From Balamuthia mandrillaris (taxonomy: Eukaryota): a DNA stretch of 64,000 bases. The stretch spans positions 62,001 through 126,000 of the forward strand of contig JAVKOQ020000031.1 of the NCBI GenBank assembly GCA_031835245.2, in the 5' to 3' direction. The first letter of the stretch is position 1, and the number at the start of each line of letters is the position of its first letter. Made by a program: the position numbers and the translations under genes. Of this stretch, positions 58,900-64,000 are shown piece by piece. The notes under the pieces were generated by a model. That model searched no databases. It was not told the origin of the DNA and worked only from the letters and a program-made list of their open reading frames with translations.

Positions 58900-61407
58900 T
58901 CATTCATAGTTAACGGCTTGGAGACCACTTGTCTCTCTCAAAGCCACGGTGGCCCTCCACTTGGAGGCCAACACGAAAACGGCAACTGCAACAGCGGCCC
59001 CCATCACAAAGAGCGGAACCAACACTGCAGGCAGCACCACCTTCAGTAGTCGTCGTCATCATCGTTCTCGTCCTTTGGGTCATCACCATCATAACCATCT
59101 TCTCCATCTTCTCCATCTTCTCCATCCCCGCCACCTTCTCCAAACAAAACGGTAAAGTCGGGATCGTACAGCAGAGTATAGGTGAAAGCAGGCAGATTCA
59201 ACTGCACTTCCAATCGAGTGGTCGCATCATTCAGCTTTATGACGAAAGCCGTTTGTTCCACGTTCTCCATTCTTCCGTCATCCACCTGCGCCTTGGTGGC
59301 CATTCCAACCTTCACCATGCCTCCGCTTCCATCCGCGTTTTCCTTCCCAAAAACGTATCTTCTCACCGTTCCGTTCCGGTCATCCTCTCCGATCAACTCT
59401 CCTTCTTCGACGTCCAAATCGACTCCTTGAAACAGCACACCAAACGACGCTCCAACTGAAACCAACTCGTTGTCCTCCAATACTCGGCTCCACCTCATGA
59501 AGAAAGAGAGCTTAACGTCATCCAAGCCCAAGTTATAGCTATCCACCAAACTCGGATGATGCAACCATTTAGCAGAGTGGTATGTGTACAAAGATAAGGA
59601 AGGGGTAGCATCCAGAGAGATGCTTGTCTCAAGGCCAAGAGCATCGAGCATTGCGTGCTGCCCGATGGAAGTGGAGAAGACAGTTGCAGTTGTCCACGTC
59701 AATGTAGACGTTTGGAAGAGTGCGTCATCCAAATGAATGCTTGAGGAAAGATAGATCCACGACCTGCGAGTAGTCGTCGGAGGAGGAGAAAGGAAGAACA
59801 CGAACGAGTGAGTTGTTGGCTTGAAGGGTCGCAGACACTCCTCTTTCCATCGGTAAAGAGCTTATCGCTAAATATAACTCGTTTCTTACTTGGAAAGCAA
59901 CAAAAAACATAAACAAAAAACAACCGATGAGCTTCTGAAAACAACGATAACAAAGGAACCTACGTGCTTTGTGCAGTATAAGAGCTGTCACAGAAGGGTA
60001 CAGCGATCCCTCCGGCTGCGGTATGGTTCCCATGGAAATAGGGTCGGACTTTAGGCTACCCGTTCCGTTGTATAGTATATCAGCAAAATAGATGCGAGTT
60101 ATAGAATGGGGCGTGTATGATTGTCTCTCCATGAGCAGCATGTCACAACTTAAACTTGGATCCTCGTCAGCTTCACGCAAACAGAACAGGAAGTCTGTGC
60201 CACCATCGTGGTCATAGTCACGTGCATTTTGGATGAAGTAATACTTCTCAGGGAATGCGCGAGTTGAGTTCAAAGTGTTCGTCACTTGTATTTGGCCATC
60301 GTCACCGAGCTCAAGAGACAAAGCAAAGACATCACCATGTTCTGTGAGAAGAAAAAGATTAAAAGGAAAGGTATGATAAACCAGTGAACAACAAACGCCA
60401 CACCTGTTTTGATTAAAGCATCTGGATAATGTGATGCAGAGGTGCATGCGCCCGGCACAAAGACATAAAAGTCCAATTGGCCCAAGGATGGGATCAGCTC
60501 TGTTACCTGTGCAATACTTCCATCCGTATGCAAAGTGAACCCAACAAATGAAAGAAAGGGTAAGGAGAGTGGTTGGGTGTGCTCTGAGCGGAAAAATAAA
60601 GGGCTCGTTTAAACATACCTGTAGAAAGGGCAAGAACAATAGGAAGAACATCATAGGAAGGAATACAAGGCTGCAATGCCAGAACTGGACCTGCTGATGG
60701 CGTAACATTGTACATGAAATCTATCCAGTCGAATGCTGAGACGAGATACCATCAGTGGATGAAATGGAAGAGAAGAACAAACAAGAGGAACAAAAGAGAA
60801 AGTAACAGCAAGCAACAAGAATAAGGATGGTAAAGAACAAGAACGAAGGCAAGGACAAGCGCAAATTGAACAGTACCAAACTCTGATGCTCTCAAAAGGC
60901 CGACTGCAAAACGACTTGCGTCAGAACGGATGAACAAATCAGGTCGGCCGTCTTTGTTGATATCGCCAAGGCTTGTCATGAATAAAGGTGCGCCGCCCGG
61001 AGGTAACAGGACCGGCTCCGTTCGTTTGACCTCGACACCACGGGTGAAAACGAGCGTAAAATTGTTGGTATCGGTTGCTGTTAAACAAAAAAAAAAAGTG
61101 AGTTCGGCTGGAAAGACCCTTGACCTTCAAAAAGAGAGAAAGTCGTGGTACAGGAAAAAAGTAATTCCGGGTAGTCGTCCCCGTCCACGTCTCCAAAGAT
61201 AGTATAACTATTCGGATCAGGCATTCCCAAATCTGCCTGGAAGCGGTAGGACTGCGCTATCGGTTGTCCTTCTGGTTGGGTTAGTTTTAAGAAAAAAAAA
61301 GCCAAGTTAGTCAAAGAAAAACAATCCCAAAAAAAAAGACCTGTTACGGCAAGCAAGCGTAACACCAACAGCAAAAACAACAAGCTCCGCCATGCGAGAG
61401 TCACCAT
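58900..61407 (-). CDS. FG-GAP-repeat surface protein copy B, interrupted by two apparent frameshifts (possible pseudogene)
   Basis: Signal MVTLAWRSLLFLLLVL; FGDVDGDDYPELL, LGDINKDGRPDLF, RDYDHDGGTDFL; LPAFTYTLLYDPDFTVLF. Colinearity with copy A requires frame changes near 59745 and 59048. Confidence 0.75.
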
Positions 61408-61889
61408 GGTTTCTTGGCCCCCCTTCTTCTTCCTCCAATCTCAGCTTGCTTTATTTCGAGCACATCGAGTACTTTGGGGGGTTTCATCATCACTCCAGTT
61501 AAATTTTACCATAACACCATCGCCAAGGGACCTCTCCAATTCATTCATTCGGGTAGATTTGATCTAGATCATTTTAAGGTACCTCCTGAAATTCCTTTTA
61601 AAAGGACTGAGGGGTCTTTTTAGCACACTTCGGTGAATCACGAAACTGTTGGCCGAAAATATATATATTTTTTTCCTGTTTTCTTTTGTTGTTTTCTTGC
61701 TTCTTTTTTCTTTTCCTTTTTCACTTTACAGAAACTTCTTTTTTGCTACCACTTTGCTGTCTACCTCCTCCACACAACGTACGTTAGTGTTTTGGTATCT
61801 CGCTCTCTCTCTCTCTCTCTCTCTCTGCCTTTCTCCTAAATCAATCGGTTTGGTTTTCCAAAAAAAAACAGCCAACGAAAAAAATAAAG

Positions 61890-63097
61890 ATGGGAGCACA
61901 GAACGCGAAAGCCGATTTGGAGCAATACCGCTTGGGCTACCCTGGGGAGCGTGACAATCCCCGCCTGAACGACAACCTCCATTTCTACAAGAACGAACGG
62001 CCCTCTGTCCCCGACGGTTCGTTGCTATAGCCCCCCGCAAGCTTCGTTCATGAGCGCTACACTCCTTCTGTTTTGCTTGTCGTTTTTGTCACTAATCATT
62101 TTTCTCTTTCTGCTGTTTCGTTCCTCTCTTTTTTGCAGGCGACTACATCGACAACATACATGAAAAGTGGTGGGGCAAGTACAAGCTTTTAGAGCGCCAC
62201 CACGGCTACATCCAATGGCTGTTCCCCATCCGCGAGGAGGGCATGAACTTTCGCTCCCAGAAGCTGCAGCCCCACGAGGCGGAGGCCATCAAGGAAGACC
62301 CCAAGTGCATGGAACGCATCCTCAAGAGCTACGAGCTCATGCTTGACTTTTACGGCATGCGGCTGAAGGACCGCCAGACAGGAGAGCTGGAACGGACCGA
62401 AAACTGGGAGGAGCGATACGACAACCTCAACTGGTCCAGCCACAACTACCTCCGCATCACGCGCATCCTCAAGTGCTTGGGCGAGCTTGGCTTGGAGCAC
62501 CTCAAGTCCAACTTTTTGCAGTTCTTCATTGAGGAGGTCTACGAGACCAAAGCCCTGAAGAACTGTAGAAGCAGTCTTGGAAACTATTGGATCGGCACCA
62601 TCAAGGACGACACGGAGAGAGCTAGATTGGAGGGAATCATAGAGGAGAAGAACGCACAGCACCCAGAGGAGAGATACAATCCCTACAGTTATAGAAGAGC
62701 TGGTGGAGGTGGTGTTGGAGGAGGGGGGAACAGTTCGGCTTGGTCTTCAGCTGGCTCTAATTCTCGCTGGGCAGTCTCCAAGCGTCTCGAGGACAGTGAC
62801 GAGGAAGAGGAGGAAGACGACGACGATGACGATGAAGCTGATATCAATGTTTCGGATGATGATGACGACGATGAGGATGAGGAGAATGAAGTGAAAGAAA
62901 GCAAACAACAACGAAAAGAGGCTGGTAGTGATTACGAAGTCGAGTCGGATGGAGCCGAAGCCGGCGATTCATCAGCGATGCTGGAAGCAACGCCATCCTC
63001 GCTTGCCGCAAGGGAGGATGACACTCTGCCCCAACCTCAACCCCAACCCGAAGACCCTGTCGAGGACTCTGCCGGTGACCTGCGGAATCATATCTAA
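61890..63097 (+). CDS. Opioid growth factor receptor (OGFr)-like domain protein with acidic tail
   Basis: NLHFYKN..PDGDYIDNIHEKWWGKYKLLERHHGYIQWLFPIREEGMN, YELMLDFYGMRL, SHNYLRITRILKCLGELG, SLGNYW; one intron. Confidence 0.92.
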
Positions 63098-63381
63098 CTT
63101 TCTCTTCTTCCTCTTCTTACATGTGTATGATCTTCCTTTTTTTTTTTGTGTTCAAAAAAAAATCTATTAAAAAAAACAGTGTAACTAGCGAGCGTCGAAA
63201 TGGTGTCTTGGCATAGCGCAACCCCTCAAGCGTGACTTCTCGCTTTTTTCTCTCTTTTCTTTGTCACTTTCTTCTTCTTTCCATTCTTTTCTCGTCTCTT
63301 TTTTTGTCGGAAAGGAAACAAAAAAAAAAGGGGGAACCTGTCACTAACGTACTGCACCTCCACTTCACTTTTTTTTTTGGG

Positions 63382-63418
<37 letters not shown>

Positions 63419-63486
63419 TTCCTTTATTTATTTACTTTTTCTCTCACTCACTCACAAACTAACGAACAAAACACAGTCACACCAAC

Positions 63487-63894
63487 ATGCCTAAGCTCGA
63501 AGTCATTGTCAGCGGAGCCAACTTCAAGCGTATGGACCTCAAGGCCTACGGCGTGACCGACAGAGAGGCCTACGTCAAGCTCTCCCTCGGCGATCAGGAG
63601 GTCTGCACCACCAAGAACAACTGCCCCACCCTTGACCCCACTTGGGACGAGACCTTCACCCTCGAGGTGGCCGACCCCGAGAAGGACAAGCTCACCGTGG
63701 CCTTCTTCCTGGGAGGCAACCAGATTGGTCAACCCGCTGACTACCTTCTTTCTGGCCTCATCCAAAACAAGGCTACCTACAAGGGCATGGCTGTCGTTGG
63801 TGGCAAGGTTGACATGATGTTCCGCGCTTTGGACTTTGGCAAGGAGGAAGTTGCTGAGGAAGATGAGGGCGAGGACTTCCTTGAGTTCCTCTAA
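63487..63894 (+). CDS. Small stand-alone C2-domain protein
   Basis: KLEVIVSGANFKRMDLKAYGVTDREAYVKLSLG..TTKNNCPTLDPTWDETFTLEV; strong codon bias suggesting high expression. Confidence 0.85.
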   Translation: MPKLEVIVSGANFKRMDLKAYGVTDREAYVKLSLGDQEVCTTKNNCPTLDPTWDETFTLEVADPEKDKLTVAFFLGGNQIGQPADYLLSGLIQNKATYKGMAVVGGKVDMMFRALDFGKEEVAEEDEGEDFLEFL

Positions 63895-64000
63895 ACAACC
63901 TCTAATTTTCTCTTTTCTCTTCTTTCTCTGACTTAGAACAATTGAACGAAACATTCGAAAAACCCAATCCAACCTCGAGCCTTTTTTTTTCCCTCCCCTT

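Noticed and set aside
1..64000. Transposons, viral insertions, rRNA
   Set aside because: No transposase, RT, integrase or capsid motifs, terminal repeats or rRNA signatures recognised by eye; weak remnants could be missed.

Overview
Gene-dense eukaryotic nuclear DNA with short GT-AG introns that are often filled with microsatellites. The gene set and intron style suggest an amoebozoan, Balamuthia/Acanthamoeba-like (inference, not verified). I built about 29 protein-coding models by hand by splicing across GT-AG junctions. They include two tandem Slo/BK-type K+ channels, an EGF/GPS-motif receptor, a divergent actin-related protein, SNAPC3, intronless alpha-tubulin, INTS9, animal-type phosphomevalonate kinase, a RING-H2 ligase, a PIN-domain+LRR fusion, a DUSP, three surface receptors sharing a membrane-proximal YDPD-motif domain (two with FG-GAP repeats), two 2OG-Fe(II) oxygenases, FRA10AC1, an F-box protein, an OGFr-like protein and a C2 protein. 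RNA genes are tRNA-Lys(CTT) and a structurally intact but variant U2 snRNA with an upstream element and TATA box. Most notable: the ZNF451-type PIN/LRR fusion (candidate sensor-nuclease), the variant U2, an unusual intron architecture with one clear exception, and single-base frameshifts concentrated in duplicated secreted/surface genes. No CRISPR array, transposase or rRNA was recognised. All family assignments come from recalled motifs; no database search was run.
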